Of a DNA stretch of 64,000 nt, positions 10,701-19,465 are shown in pieces. Position numbers and translations under genes: made by a program. The stretch covers positions 429,926 through 493,925 of the forward strand of contig CAWBEU010000007.1 of assembly GCA_963787975.1 (NCBI GenBank). The letters are read 5' to 3'. The stretch's first letter is position 1, and each line of letters opens with the position of its first letter. The notes beneath the pieces were generated by a model. It saw only the letters and a program-made list of their open reading frames with translations. It was not told the DNA's origin and did no database searches. The DNA comes from an uncultured Thermoplasmata archaeon (GTDB lineage: Archaea; Thermoplasmatota; Thermoplasmata; Lutacidiplasmatales; UBA184).

Positions 10701-12144
10701 CGCTCCGGCGGTGACCGGGGACGGAACCTACTCCCTACCGGTCTCGTTCACGAACTGGGAGGGCGCGCCGCTGGTAGGGGCCTCGGTCGACCTCGCCTAT
10801 CCGCCGGTCTTCGGGCCGCCGTATCTGTCGACGCCGATCGCCGGCACGCAGGCGACCACGAACGCGACCGGTATCGCTGAGTTCACCATCGATTCGTCGC
10901 TCTCGGACCTCGGCGGCGAGATCGGGTTCCTGGCGATCCAGGTGTTCAACTCGAGCTACGCGGACGCCTACGTGGCCTCCGACGGCGCGCTAGGGGTCAC
11001 CCCGATCTGGCTCGACGATTCGCAGGGACTGCTGACCTTCTTCACGCCCCCGGCCAGCATGACCACGACGATGTACGCCGATGATGGCGCCGTTGCCTCC
11101 AATTACGTGGGCACGGAAGGAGCCGTCGCGGACTTCTCAGTCGCCTCGGCGGGAGGGGTCTTCTCCGCGTGGAACAACATCACTGCGCTCTCGTTTGCGC
11201 TGGATTCCGCGGCGCCGACCCCGGTACCGCTCGGCGACTACGGCCAGTCCTCCTATGCCTGGTCGGTGGACCTCCCGACGCTCACGGTCGGAGCGCACAC
11301 GTTCACCGTGTTGTTCGCGGACTCGCAAGGGTTCACCTTCAGCAACGTCCAAACGTTCTGGGTCATCGGCAGCGGCGCGCTGCCGACGCCCGCCGTGACG
11401 GTGACGGCGCCCACGGTCGACAGTTACGTGTCGGGCGACGTCTCGGTGAGCTGGACGGTCAATGAAGCGGCGGCGTACCTGGCGGACGAGACCCTGACCG
11501 TCGTGGACGGGAGCTTCTCGGCAACCTACGACGTGACCGGCGCCAGCAGCTTCGCGGTTCCGTCGACGGGACTTACCGCAGGCATGGTGACCTTCACCGT
11601 GAATGCAACGAACGTCCTGGGACTGTACGGCCTCGGCTCGGTCACCGCTTGGGTGGACAACGTGGCCCCGACGGCCACGATAACGAGCCCCGGCACCGGT
11701 GCGTCGTTCGTGGCCGGGTACACCGTGACGGTCGGCATGAGCTGGTCCGGCGACCTCCTCTCGAAGGAAGTGCTCACCATCCAGGCCCCTAGTGGCGCCC
11801 CGCAAACGGTGACCCTGACCTCGGACAGCTACTCGATCGGCAACGTGATCACGGGCACGTACACGTTGACCCTCAACGTTTCGAGCGCCTCCGGGGTCTC
11901 CGCGCACGACTCCGTATCGTTCACCGTGACGGCGGCGCCCCCTGTGGTGTCGAAAACGACCCCCGCGCTCACGAACGCGGAGCTCTACGGCATCGTCGGC
12001 GGCCTCGTGGTGCTGGCGGTGGCCATCATCATCGCGGCCCTGATCGTACGCAGCCGCCGGACTCAAGGGCCGCCCCCTGCCCAAGCGTGGAGCTCTCAGT
12101 CGGGGGCCCCGCCGCCAGCGAACCCTCCCTCCTCCGGCACCTGA
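7741..12144 (+). CDS. Giant secreted S53 (sedolisin/kumamolisin-like) serine peptidase: pro-kumamolisin activation domain and peptidase domain, then about 900 aa of Ig-like beta domains, a C-terminal TM anchor and a Pro-rich tail
   Basis: Signal peptide MGSRPRRLAMIVFLALLMALPGSAVLA. The propeptide signature YRHYLTQQQFDQEFGPS matches the pro-kumamolisin activation domain. GGTSFACPTVAGEIALI is the S53 catalytic Ser motif. Many N-x-S/T sequons. C-terminal LYGIVGGLVVLAVAIIIAALIVRSRR TM helix followed by PPPAQAWSSQSGAPPPANPPSSGT. Preceded by an SD-like gaggaaggg. Confidence 0.75.
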   Translation: MQEMLKMGSRPRRLAMIVFLALLMALPGSAVLAEHAVSTPAAPVALSAAQLQAAPLTHASQSPASTLGPARDLGQIAPSTSFYFTVSFDLSHQAALTNLIQEQESPGGALYRHYLTQQQFDQEFGPSPLLDTEATSYFTSFGMTSVATGSPLVLAFRAPASAVEAAFHSPIDRYQTADGTVQYTNSKPLSLPAPLAGFLSSVNGVSSFPVMQPTFMAAPGANPQPFGGSAGAPTPQGTISEAVNWSTPAYLYAPAGSGPTFGGTPIQFLNPATMTVAYNATGLYALGDEGQGSTIAVVMGEGYNPSDLATFSNETFGNPNQLLDRLSAYPVAGPLANATAPGAVYQTGGLSFEFSIDLEYSSTMAPKAHIDAVYGTGLDTESLVSDYAKVASLTPVPNVVTNSWGGSEDAWWNVMGPSWQGGGAMESQFEELAALGCTVLFSSADDAGFDSLTGMLSASFPATSPYVTSVDGTRTTVGNGALDSFPAPDYTVNTTVAELGSSETGSGPFWFPNVTLNAVNVAAVTNESYWYTPAFPGAPATVPPYAGGGIGLSMFFQQPWWQHGFNVSDSGRRMAADIAAEADFNETVYFDSAWNFFWGGTSFACPTVAGEIALIDTYLNTTLGPTPGQHSYYTGLINPLIYNVANDQNITTPGFNQITYGTNPFADQAAAAGLGWPGAQNWPGTAGASLWRWNLLTGWGVPNVGQLAKDAATILSQTYYVAFANNTAALTAPNGTYTFTVQTITGHTPAASDPLQLWFSPAGPVGLPVETQTTTSGTGTFTFDATTPGFLEVYAQHAGEKIFQSIWFSPAPLTSGTLSIAVTGGTPSSMMGGFDAYSYFYDAAYPAAGPIEPNTVIVQVTYKATPSSAPVDVYNAQVIGQTNFTGYWDSPPFVSNPEFNSGLIPSSQNTSLTLTNLDGIWYVPTWNVPVTETYWINATYLGLSASTTYLVTPRANVEGVGPVETAIAGEFFGAPGYIGYSGNNTVLAPAVTGDGTYSLPVSFTNWEGAPLVGASVDLAYPPVFGPPYLSTPIAGTQATTNATGIAEFTIDSSLSDLGGEIGFLAIQVFNSSYADAYVASDGALGVTPIWLDDSQGLLTFFTPPASMTTTMYADDGAVASNYVGTEGAVADFSVASAGGVFSAWNNITALSFALDSAAPTPVPLGDYGQSSYAWSVDLPTLTVGAHTFTVLFADSQGFTFSNVQTFWVIGSGALPTPAVTVTAPTVDSYVSGDVSVSWTVNEAAAYLADETLTVVDGSFSATYDVTGASSFAVPSTGLTAGMVTFTVNATNVLGLYGLGSVTAWVDNVAPTATITSPGTGASFVAGYTVTVGMSWSGDLLSKEVLTIQAPSGAPQTVTLTSDSYSIGNVITGTYTLTLNVSSASGVSAHDSVSFTVTAAPPVVSKTTPALTNAELYGIVGGLVVLAVAIIIAALIVRSRRTQGPPPAQAWSSQSGAPPPANPPSSGT

Positions 12145-12239
12145 GCGACGACCCCGTCGGGGACGCCCCCCGTCGCACCGCCCTGCCGCGCCGGACAGCC
12201 GGGAGGCTTCCCGTCCGGACCGGACCCCCGAGGCGGTGA

Positions 12240-13019
12240 ATGGCGGAACACCGGGCCGTCCTCCTCGACCTCTGGCACACGCTCGCGTACCTTGAACCGG
12301 CCGAGGAGGAGTGGTACATGGACGCCCAACTGGATACCATGGCCCACGTCTTCGAGCAGTCGCCCGGCTCCCCCCGGGGTCGCCATCCCCCACTCCGCGA
12401 CGCCCGCAGGGCCGCCGAGGAAGTCCGAGGCGAGGCGGTCGCCGCGGCGGCGGACGGTATCTCCACCCCTCTGGCGGTCCAGGCTCTCCACGCGGCCCGA
12501 CGTCTCGGCCGCGTGGCGCGGCCGCTCGAACTCTCTCAGGCCCTGGCTGCACTCGTTGACAAAACGCCGCTCCATCTCTCGCCGGGCGCACTCGAGGCGC
12601 TCGCAGACCTCCAAGAACGGCACTTCCGTCTGGGAGTGGTCTCCAACATCATCGGCGAGCCCGGAGAGGCATGGCAACGGAAGCTGGACCGGGCGGGGGT
12701 CGGGAAGTACATCGAGGCGTGGGCGTTCAGCGATCAGCTGCCGTGGACGAAGCCGGCGCCGGAGATCTTCTGGCACTGTCTCGGGATGTTGGAGACGGGT
12801 CGAGAGCAAGCGGTACATGTCGGGGACGGCTGGTCCGACCTGGCCGGCGCCCGCGCCGCCGGCCTCCGGGCCGGGATCCTTTACACCGGCGAGCAGAGAT
12901 ACGGAACGAGCTACGGCCGGCTCTTCGCCCCCGAACGTCCCGAGCTCGCGGAAGCGGAATTCCGCATCAACCGGTTCGCCGAGCTGCCCGGGCTCGCGGA
13001 GAAACTGCTGGGCGAATAG
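12240..13019 (+). CDS. HAD-superfamily hydrolase (subfamily IA-like)
   Basis: N-terminal motif AVLLDLWHTLA resembles the DxD/T HAD motif I (variant). Motif II GVVSN, and motif III/IV K...GDGWSDLAGARAAG. Confidence 0.7.
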   Translation: MAEHRAVLLDLWHTLAYLEPAEEEWYMDAQLDTMAHVFEQSPGSPRGRHPPLRDARRAAEEVRGEAVAAAADGISTPLAVQALHAARRLGRVARPLELSQALAALVDKTPLHLSPGALEALADLQERHFRLGVVSNIIGEPGEAWQRKLDRAGVGKYIEAWAFSDQLPWTKPAPEIFWHCLGMLETGREQAVHVGDGWSDLAGARAAGLRAGILYTGEQRYGTSYGRLFAPERPELAEAEFRINRFAELPGLAEKLLGE

Positions 13020-13062
13020 CCCCGACCGGGACCTTTTCCCTTGGCGATGCCTGCGGCCTCGC

Positions 13063-13926
13063 GTGCCGTATCGCCCCCGCCTGCGGTCCGTCGCCCGCCC
13101 GCGACTTAACGATCTTTCGGGCACGGACTGGGTCCGGTTCACGAAATCGTGGTTCGTCGCGAACCCTCCCCGCCGCAGCGCGTCGGAGCGATCGCATCCG
13201 GCCAAGTTTCCGGAGGAGTTGTGCGAGGGCTTTGTCCGCTTCTTCACGCGGACCGGTATGTGGGTCCTCGACCCGTTCGCAGGCACCGGATCGACCCTCG
13301 TCGCCGCCGTCCGGCACGGGCGGAACGCGCTCGGCCTCGAGATCAACCCGACTTTCGCCCACCTGGCGGCGGAGCGAGTCCACGCGACCGGGTCGGGAGG
13401 TACCCAGGCGCGGGTGATCGTCGGCGATGCGCGGGACCTCGCCGAGATCTGGGACCGGGAGAGGCTCCCGCCCGTCCAGTTGGTGCTGACCTCGCCCCCC
13501 TACTGGGACATGCTCGGGAAGAGCCGGGGAGGGTCGCGCTCCGCCCATCGCGATCGGGCGGCCGGTGGGCTGGCGACCACGTACTCGCGCGACCCAGGCG
13601 ACCTAGGCAATCTCCACGATTACGCGACCTTCCTCTCGTCGACGGTGGAGGTGCTACGAAGCACGGGACGGGTGCTCGAGCCGGGTCGCTACCTCGTCGT
13701 GGTGGCGCAAAACCTTCGAGACGTGGACGGGAATATCCGGACTCTCGCGTGGGATCTCGCGCGGGAGCTCGACCGGCCCCCCTTCCAGTTCCAGGGGGAA
13801 CGGATCTGGTGCCAGGACTCGAAACCCCTCGGCATTTGGGGATTCCCCTCCACGTTTGTCCCGAACTACCACCATCACTACTGTCTGGTCTTCCGGCGCA
13901 CCCGAGCGCCCACTCCGAGGGACTAA
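13063..13926 (+). CDS. SAM-dependent DNA (N6-adenine/N4-cytosine)-type methyltransferase-like protein; likely GTG start
   Basis: HPAKFPEEL...VLDPFAGTGSTLVAA (motifs X and I of the N6_N4 methylase family) is followed about 80 aa later by LTSPPYWD (motif IV). The upstream 770 nt of the 544-aa track ORF (12292..) is Arg/Pro-rich wrong-frame junk overlapping the HAD gene. Confidence 0.55.
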   Translation: MPYRPRLRSVARPRLNDLSGTDWVRFTKSWFVANPPRRSASERSHPAKFPEELCEGFVRFFTRTGMWVLDPFAGTGSTLVAAVRHGRNALGLEINPTFAHLAAERVHATGSGGTQARVIVGDARDLAEIWDRERLPPVQLVLTSPPYWDMLGKSRGGSRSAHRDRAAGGLATTYSRDPGDLGNLHDYATFLSSTVEVLRSTGRVLEPGRYLVVVAQNLRDVDGNIRTLAWDLARELDRPPFQFQGERIWCQDSKPLGIWGFPSTFVPNYHHHYCLVFRRTRAPTPRD

Positions 13927-14870
13927 CCGGCCGAGTTGCGGTGGACCAGGGTGGCGAGTTCGGACAGCATCCGGAGCGCCACCTCGAGGTGGCGTTGGGT
14001 CAGCTGCTCCACGTTGATGCCCAGAGCGAGGCTCAGTCCGTCCGCGTCCGCGCCGGTCCGTGTGTCGGTCCACACCCGGCGCGCGTGCTCAATCGCCCGG
14101 TCCCCGGCCGAGCTCTCTTCCCCGTTGAGAATCCAGCGTTCCGCGGCTTCGGGGATGTCGGCGCCGAGCCAGCGGACGAACTCGGCATCGGTCTCGTCGG
14201 AGAGCGGTGCGAAGCTGAGCAGAACGGCCGCCGGCGGGACCCCGGACTTTTGGCACAGCGCGTCGTATTCTCGAAGCGTACGCCGGAGGCTCTCGCTATC
14301 GAAGAGGATCTGGGTCGTGAAGAACGATGCCCCCGCCCGCGTCTTCGCCAGCATGCGATGCGCCTCTCCCTGCCGCTGCGGGATCGCGATATTTCCTAGA
14401 TGACCTCCCTGGGCGCGGAGGATTCCGGAACAGGCCCGGTCCGCCTCGATCACTTGGGGACCGGGATACGGAATGTACCGACTCGATCCCCCGACAAGAA
14501 CCACGTGACGGATGCCCCCGGCGAGGGTTTGCTGGACCCACTCGACCAAGGCCGCTTGCGAGGGAAGATGGGCGACGACCTTGTTGACCACCACGGGCCG
14601 TTTCACGAGCTCCGCCAGCTGCCGGCCGATCTCTCGCGGGTCGGCGGTCCGATAGTACGGGCGACCGTCGTGGTTCTCGTCGATCAACTCGGGGACGTCG
14701 ATCGCGTCCAGCAAATCGATGGACTGGAGGCGCGTGGCGAGCTCATGGAAGTACGCGTCGACCCGATCCGGTCGGGTTCGAAGCGAGGGGGGCACGGGCT
14801 CGAAAAATACCGGCGCCCGCGTGAGCGCGGCCTCGAAGGTGCGGGACATAGAAAGCAGCCGGTCCTCCAC
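13923..14870 (-). CDS. Methylenetetrahydrofolate reductase (MetF)-like protein
   Basis: VFFEPVPP, GIRHVVLVGG and FFTTQILFD correspond to MetF motifs FEFFPP, GIRHIVALRGD and ITQFFFD. Confidence 0.6.
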   Translation of the reverse strand: MEDRLLSMSRTFEAALTRAPVFFEPVPPSLRTRPDRVDAYFHELATRLQSIDLLDAIDVPELIDENHDGRPYYRTADPREIGRQLAELVKRPVVVNKVVAHLPSQAALVEWVQQTLAGGIRHVVLVGGSSRYIPYPGPQVIEADRACSGILRAQGGHLGNIAIPQRQGEAHRMLAKTRAGASFFTTQILFDSESLRRTLREYDALCQKSGVPPAAVLLSFAPLSDETDAEFVRWLGADIPEAAERWILNGEESSAGDRAIEHARRVWTDTRTGADADGLSLALGINVEQLTQRHLEVALRMLSELATLVHRNSAG

Positions 14871-14977
14871 CGGCGAGTATCGGCGTACCGGACGCGGGGG
14901 CGGATATCAAGGCTCGGACGACCGCACTCGTTGCATCGGGCGTAACGTTTCCTCGGCGGGGGCCGCCGAGCGTCCGT

Positions 14978-15832
14978 TCATCCGGGCGCGTCGATCCGGA
15001 ACAGGGCCCGCGCGTTCTCGCCGAGGATCAGATCCTTGTCCTCCGCGGGAAGGTCGAGGCCGGTGATCAGGCCCACCGCGGTCTCGATGGACTCAAGGGG
15101 CCAGTCGGAGCCGTAGAGCACCCGATGCGCGTCTCCCATCGCGGCGATAGCGTTCGCGAGCCGGCGCTGGGCCCGACCCACCATCTCGCGGTAGTAGGGC
15201 ACCGCCGGGTTGGCGAGCAGTCCCGAGGTATCCGTGTACACGTTGGAATTCTTGTAGACGACTTCGGCCAGCTCCTCGACCCACGGGTTCCCGAGATGGC
15301 AGAGGACGAAACGCACGTCGCGGAACCGAACCGCGACCTCGTCTGCCTCGAGCGGACGGGCGTACTTCAGTCGGCCGTTGGGGTCGAGCGTGTCCCCCTG
15401 ATGGATCATCACCGGGATGCCCGACTTATGCGCGAACTCGTACACGGGATGGAGACGCGCGTCGTGCGGGTAGAACGACTGATAGCCGGGATACAGCTTG
15501 ATCGCGACGAGGTCGCGTACGCGCTCCCAGGTCTCCACCGTCTCACGGACGGCCGCTTCGCCCTTCGTAGGGTCCACCGTGACCGTCCTCAAGAGCCGGC
15601 CCCCGCTCTTCGTGAACATTTCTTCCCCCTCCCGAAGAACTTCGGTCGGGCTCGGATTAGAGTACAGCTGGAGCAGGATAGCGAACCCGATCGACTGAGC
15701 ATCCAGCTCGCGCAACAGGGAAGGAACCGTGAATTCGAGGTCGGGTCGATACGAGTTACGTTGGAGATCCGGCCAGGTACGGGCTCAGGTGGACGTGGAC
15801 GTCGACTCGACGCCCCAACGGGAGGACGGGCA
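14978..15832 (-). CDS. Amidohydrolase-2 (ACMSD-like TIM-barrel metal hydrolase) paralog with an apparent frameshift between its N-terminal HxH region and the body
   Basis: The body (14978..15715) aligns to the downstream paralog from LLREMDAKGIG onward. The expected N-terminus LPLGRRVDVHVHLSPYLAGS is encoded just upstream (about 15766..15832) in a different frame. Confidence 0.6.
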
Positions 15833-15867
15833 CGGCGGTCGCTAGGCGGCGGAGCTTACCAACCTTT

Positions 15868-16725
15868 TCACCGGGCGCCGCCTTCCGGAAGCCCGAGGAG
15901 CTCCCGCGCGTTGCCCCCTAGAATTCGCTCCTTGTCCGGTCGAGGGAGGTCGAGCCCCTCGACCAGTCCCACTCCGTCGGCGATCGAACTGATCGGCCAG
16001 TCGGATCCGTAGAGGATCTTCGTCACGTCGCCGACGGCCAAGATCGCGTGGTGCAGGCGCGTCCGCATGCGTCGGACCTGGGCGTCATAGCGCTCGGCGA
16101 AGGGGTTCAGCAAACCCGAGGTGTCGGTGTAGACGTTCTCGTTCTTGTAGGTGACCTCCGCCGCTTCCTCCATCCAGGGATTTCCGACGTGGCACAGAAC
16201 GAAACGGACCGAGCGCCAGCGCACGGCCACCTCGTCCAGGAAGATTGGCCGGGCGAACCGGATCAATCCGTCGGGGTCCGCTGTATCCCCTTGATGGACC
16301 CAGACGGGAACGCGTTGTTGCTCCGCCCACCGATAGACCGGTTCGAGCCGCGAGTCCGTCACGTCGAAGGGAAGGTATCCCGGATACAGCTTGATTCCAC
16401 GGAGACGGGGTTGGTTCTCCGACCACAGCTTGACCGCATGCGCCACCTCGGCCTCCCCGCGGGTCGGGTCCACCGTTCCCGTAGGAAGCAGCCGGCCTTC
16501 GCTGGTCGTGGCCACCTCGGAGACGTTCTTCAGTCCGTCTTCGAGCGTGGGAGCCAGCCTCGGACCGAGAAAAACTCCCCAACCGATCCCCTTCGCGTCC
16601 ATCTCCCGGAGAAGGCCGGAGGGGCTGTACTCGATTCGGTTCTTTTCCGCGAAGGTGGCCCCGTGCAGGGAGTAACGGCTGGGGTGGACGTGGACATCCA
16701 CTCGCGGACCCAGTGTCGAGGGCAT
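15868..16725 (-). CDS. Amidohydrolase-2 family metal-dependent hydrolase (intact paralog)
   Basis: 285 aa. VDVHVHPS (HxH metal-binding motif), YPGYLPFD, VWVHQGD and the C-terminal GSDWP motif are typical of the Amidohydro_2 / ACMSD family. Confidence 0.75.
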   Translation of the reverse strand: MPSTLGPRVDVHVHPSRYSLHGATFAEKNRIEYSPSGLLREMDAKGIGWGVFLGPRLAPTLEDGLKNVSEVATTSEGRLLPTGTVDPTRGEAEVAHAVKLWSENQPRLRGIKLYPGYLPFDVTDSRLEPVYRWAEQQRVPVWVHQGDTADPDGLIRFARPIFLDEVAVRWRSVRFVLCHVGNPWMEEAAEVTYKNENVYTDTSGLLNPFAERYDAQVRRMRTRLHHAILAVGDVTKILYGSDWPISSIADGVGLVEGLDLPRPDKERILGGNARELLGLPEGGAR

Positions 16726-16838
16726 GCTATCTCGTGGATTGCATCGAACGGAAAACAGCTCGTCCCAGGCGGAACGGGAACCGCCGACGGCTTGATATCG
16801 CCCGAGGGTGTCCTGCGCCTATCCCCAGAGGAATTCCG

Positions 16839-18335
16839 ATGGCGGAGAACTGGCTAAGCTTCCCGGACGCTCCCAAGATCGTCACACCGCCGCCCGGTCC
16901 CAAGTCCCGGGCCCTGCTGGCCATTCAGGCCCGACTCGAGACCGACGCGGTCGCGTACCCGAAGTATTTCCCGATGGCCATCCGGGAGGCACGAGGCTCG
17001 ACCATCGAGGACGTCGATGGCAACCGGTTCATCGATTGGGTCGCCGGGATCTCCGTCCTCAATCTGGGCCACCGTCACCCACGCCTCGTGGCGGCCCTTC
17101 AGCGCCAGGCCGAAAAGGTCTGGCACACGCTCGAGATTCCCACCGAGGCCCGGATCGAATTCCTCGAGCAGCTTACCTCGTCGTTGCCGGGAACCCTCCG
17201 CAACCACTCCAAGGTGCTCTTCACGATCACCGGGGGAGATTGCATCGAGGCGGCGGTCAGCCTGGCCGACTACGCGAAGGGTCGCTCCGGAACGTTCGTG
17301 TTTTCCGGAGCCTACCACGGCGTGCATGGCGGTGCAGTGAACCTGACCGGGGGGCGTCGCTACCGCGAGACGAGCTCGTTCCACGGCGGGTCTGTTATCC
17401 GCGTCCCGTTCCCGAACCCGTACCGACCGGTGCTGAACACCCCGGACAGCGCGCAGGGCGTGATCCGCTACATGGAGCATCTCCTCAACGACCCCTACTC
17501 CGGGGTCGACCGGGCCTCGGCGGTCCTGGTCGAACCGATCCTCGGAGAGGGAGGCTACGTAGTGCCCCCGGATGATTTCCTGCCGTCGCTCCGCGAGTTC
17601 TGTGACGAGCACGACCTTCTCCTCATCGCCGACGAGGTGCAGACCGGATTGGGTCGCACCGGCAAGTTCTGGGGCGTCGATAACTGGAACGTTACCCCGG
17701 ACATCATCTGCATCGCGAAGACCATCGGCGGCGGAATCCCCGCCTCGATGGTGGCGTACCGGGACGACCTGGTCAAGGAGCTGCCCCGCGGCTTCCATCT
17801 CGGGACGTACCGCGGCAATCCGTTGGCGCTGGCCGTCGGAACCGAGGTGCTCAAGATCCTGCGGGACGAGCACTGGATCTCCCTGGCCGCGCGACGAGGC
17901 GAGCAGGTCCGGGCCCGGTTCCGGGAGTACGCGGGAACCCATCCCTCCATCGGCGACGTGCGCGGAAAGGGGTTCATGATCGGGGTCGAGTTCGTGAAGG
18001 ACGCCGTCCGGAAGACTCCATGGGACGAACGCGCCAAGGCGATGCGACGCGAGCTGTTCCTGAACGGTCTGCTGATGCACACCTGCGGGAGCTACGACAA
18101 CGCGCTCCGGTTCATGGCCCCCCTGACGATCGAGGATCCTCTCCTCGAGCGCGGGCTGGCGGTGTTCGAGCAGGCGCTATCGAACCTGGACTCGGCGCCC
18201 TCCGAGAAGAGCCCGGTGCCTCCCGCGTCGACCTCTCCCGCGCGGCCGCACCCTGAGCCGATGGCGGAGCCCGGTCTGCTGCCGCCGCACCACCCGGCCC
18301 AGAGCCCGCCTCCTCCCGGACGCAGTCTAAGGTAA
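16839..18335 (+). CDS. Class-III pyridoxal-phosphate aminotransferase (acetylornithine/GABA/omega-amino acid type) with a Pro-rich C-terminal extension
   Basis: ATG at 16839 (MAENWLSF). The GHRHPRLVAALQ, FSGAYHGVHG and LLIADEVQTGLGRTGKFWGVDNW regions carry the PLP-lysine motif. The last ~50 aa (SAPSEKSPVPPASTSPARPHPEPMAEPGLLPPHHPAQSPPPPGRSLR) are low-complexity. Confidence 0.8.
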   Translation: MAENWLSFPDAPKIVTPPPGPKSRALLAIQARLETDAVAYPKYFPMAIREARGSTIEDVDGNRFIDWVAGISVLNLGHRHPRLVAALQRQAEKVWHTLEIPTEARIEFLEQLTSSLPGTLRNHSKVLFTITGGDCIEAAVSLADYAKGRSGTFVFSGAYHGVHGGAVNLTGGRRYRETSSFHGGSVIRVPFPNPYRPVLNTPDSAQGVIRYMEHLLNDPYSGVDRASAVLVEPILGEGGYVVPPDDFLPSLREFCDEHDLLLIADEVQTGLGRTGKFWGVDNWNVTPDIICIAKTIGGGIPASMVAYRDDLVKELPRGFHLGTYRGNPLALAVGTEVLKILRDEHWISLAARRGEQVRARFREYAGTHPSIGDVRGKGFMIGVEFVKDAVRKTPWDERAKAMRRELFLNGLLMHTCGSYDNALRFMAPLTIEDPLLERGLAVFEQALSNLDSAPSEKSPVPPASTSPARPHPEPMAEPGLLPPHHPAQSPPPPGRSLR

Positions 18336-18412
18336 CCCCGGCGCGCGAGCGCCGTCGGGGGCTATTTGTAGTCCACCGACTCTCGACGCGTAGCCCTATC
18401 CGACCTGACCGG

Positions 18413-19465
18413 GTGGTTGGCGTCGGCCGGGGGGATCCACCAGTGGGACGCAGCCTCAGCGACCTGGTCGTGTTCATCGCCAAGCGGATGGTCCAACTCG
18501 CGCTCGTTCTCTTCGGTGCCATCGTCGTTACCTTCGTGGTGAGCCACCTCTCGGTCTCGAACCCCTGCCTCACCTGGATCGGCCCCCACGCCGGCAAGCT
18601 GGCCTACCAGCATTGCGTGTCCTATTTTGGGCTGGGCCAGCCCATCTACATCCAGCTCTACCACTACCTGCTGACGCTGCTGACCGGTAACTGGGGCATC
18701 GACCAGGTGAACCAGCAACCGGTCCTGAACCTGATCGCGCAGTACTTCCCGGCCACCTTCGAGCTCGTCATCGCGGCGCTGATCCTGATGATCGTCGTTG
18801 GCATCCCGCTCGGTGTCATCGCGGCGAACAGCAACGGCCGCTGGGCCGACCACCTGGTCCGGATCTTCTACCTGAGCGGCTGGGCTGTCCCGACGTACCT
18901 CGGGGGTCTCCTCCTGGCGATCCTCGTGGCGCCGGCCCTCCACATCGCGCCGACCGGTGCCTTCACCGGAACTCCGCCGTTCCCCCAACGAACCCACATG
19001 TCGGTCCTCGACGCCCTGCTGGCCGGCAACCTCCCATGGACCATCAACGCGCTGCAGCATCTTGCCTTGCCGGCGATCGCGCTGGCCTTCTTCAATCTCG
19101 GGATCGCCACCCGGATGACCCGGGCCTCGATGCTGGAGGTGCTGCCGCTCGAGTACGTCCGGACGGCGCGGATGAAGGGCCTCAAGGAGTTCATGGTCCT
19201 GTACAAGCACGCGCTGCGCAACGCGCTCATCACCACGGTCACGGTCCTAGGACTGACCGCGGGCTACCTGCTCTCCGGCACGGTCGTGATCGAGGAGATC
19301 TTCCAGTGGCCCGGGATCGGATACTACGCGTACGAATCGATCGAGAGCTACGATTTCACGGGCGTCGTCGGCACGGTCATCGTCTTTTCGGTCGGCGTCG
19401 TAGTAGCCAACCTCGCGGCCGACATCCTCTATGGCGTGCTAGATCCCCGGGTGGAGTGGCGCTAG
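18413..19465 (+). CDS. ABC transporter permease, DppB/OppB-like (peptide/nickel family)
   Basis: 350 aa, about 6 TM helices. Carries the permease EAA-like region and is paralogous to 44035..45057. True start may be the internal Met (MVQLALV). Confidence 0.8.
   Translation: MVGVGRGDPPVGRSLSDLVVFIAKRMVQLALVLFGAIVVTFVVSHLSVSNPCLTWIGPHAGKLAYQHCVSYFGLGQPIYIQLYHYLLTLLTGNWGIDQVNQQPVLNLIAQYFPATFELVIAALILMIVVGIPLGVIAANSNGRWADHLVRIFYLSGWAVPTYLGGLLLAILVAPALHIAPTGAFTGTPPFPQRTHMSVLDALLAGNLPWTINALQHLALPAIALAFFNLGIATRMTRASMLEVLPLEYVRTARMKGLKEFMVLYKHALRNALITTVTVLGLTAGYLLSGTVVIEEIFQWPGIGYYAYESIESYDFTGVVGTVIVFSVGVVVANLAADILYGVLDPRVEWR

Noticed and set aside
12292-13062. 5' 770 nt of the 544-aa track ORF 12292-13926
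   Set aside because: Arg/Ser/Pro-rich junk overlapping the HAD gene in another frame. Only the C-terminal about 288 codons carry methyltransferase motifs.
13063-14870. Possible restriction-modification system around the methyltransferase
   Set aside because: No endonuclease-like, specificity-subunit or ATPase gene is present. The neighbours are a HAD hydrolase and a MetF-like gene.
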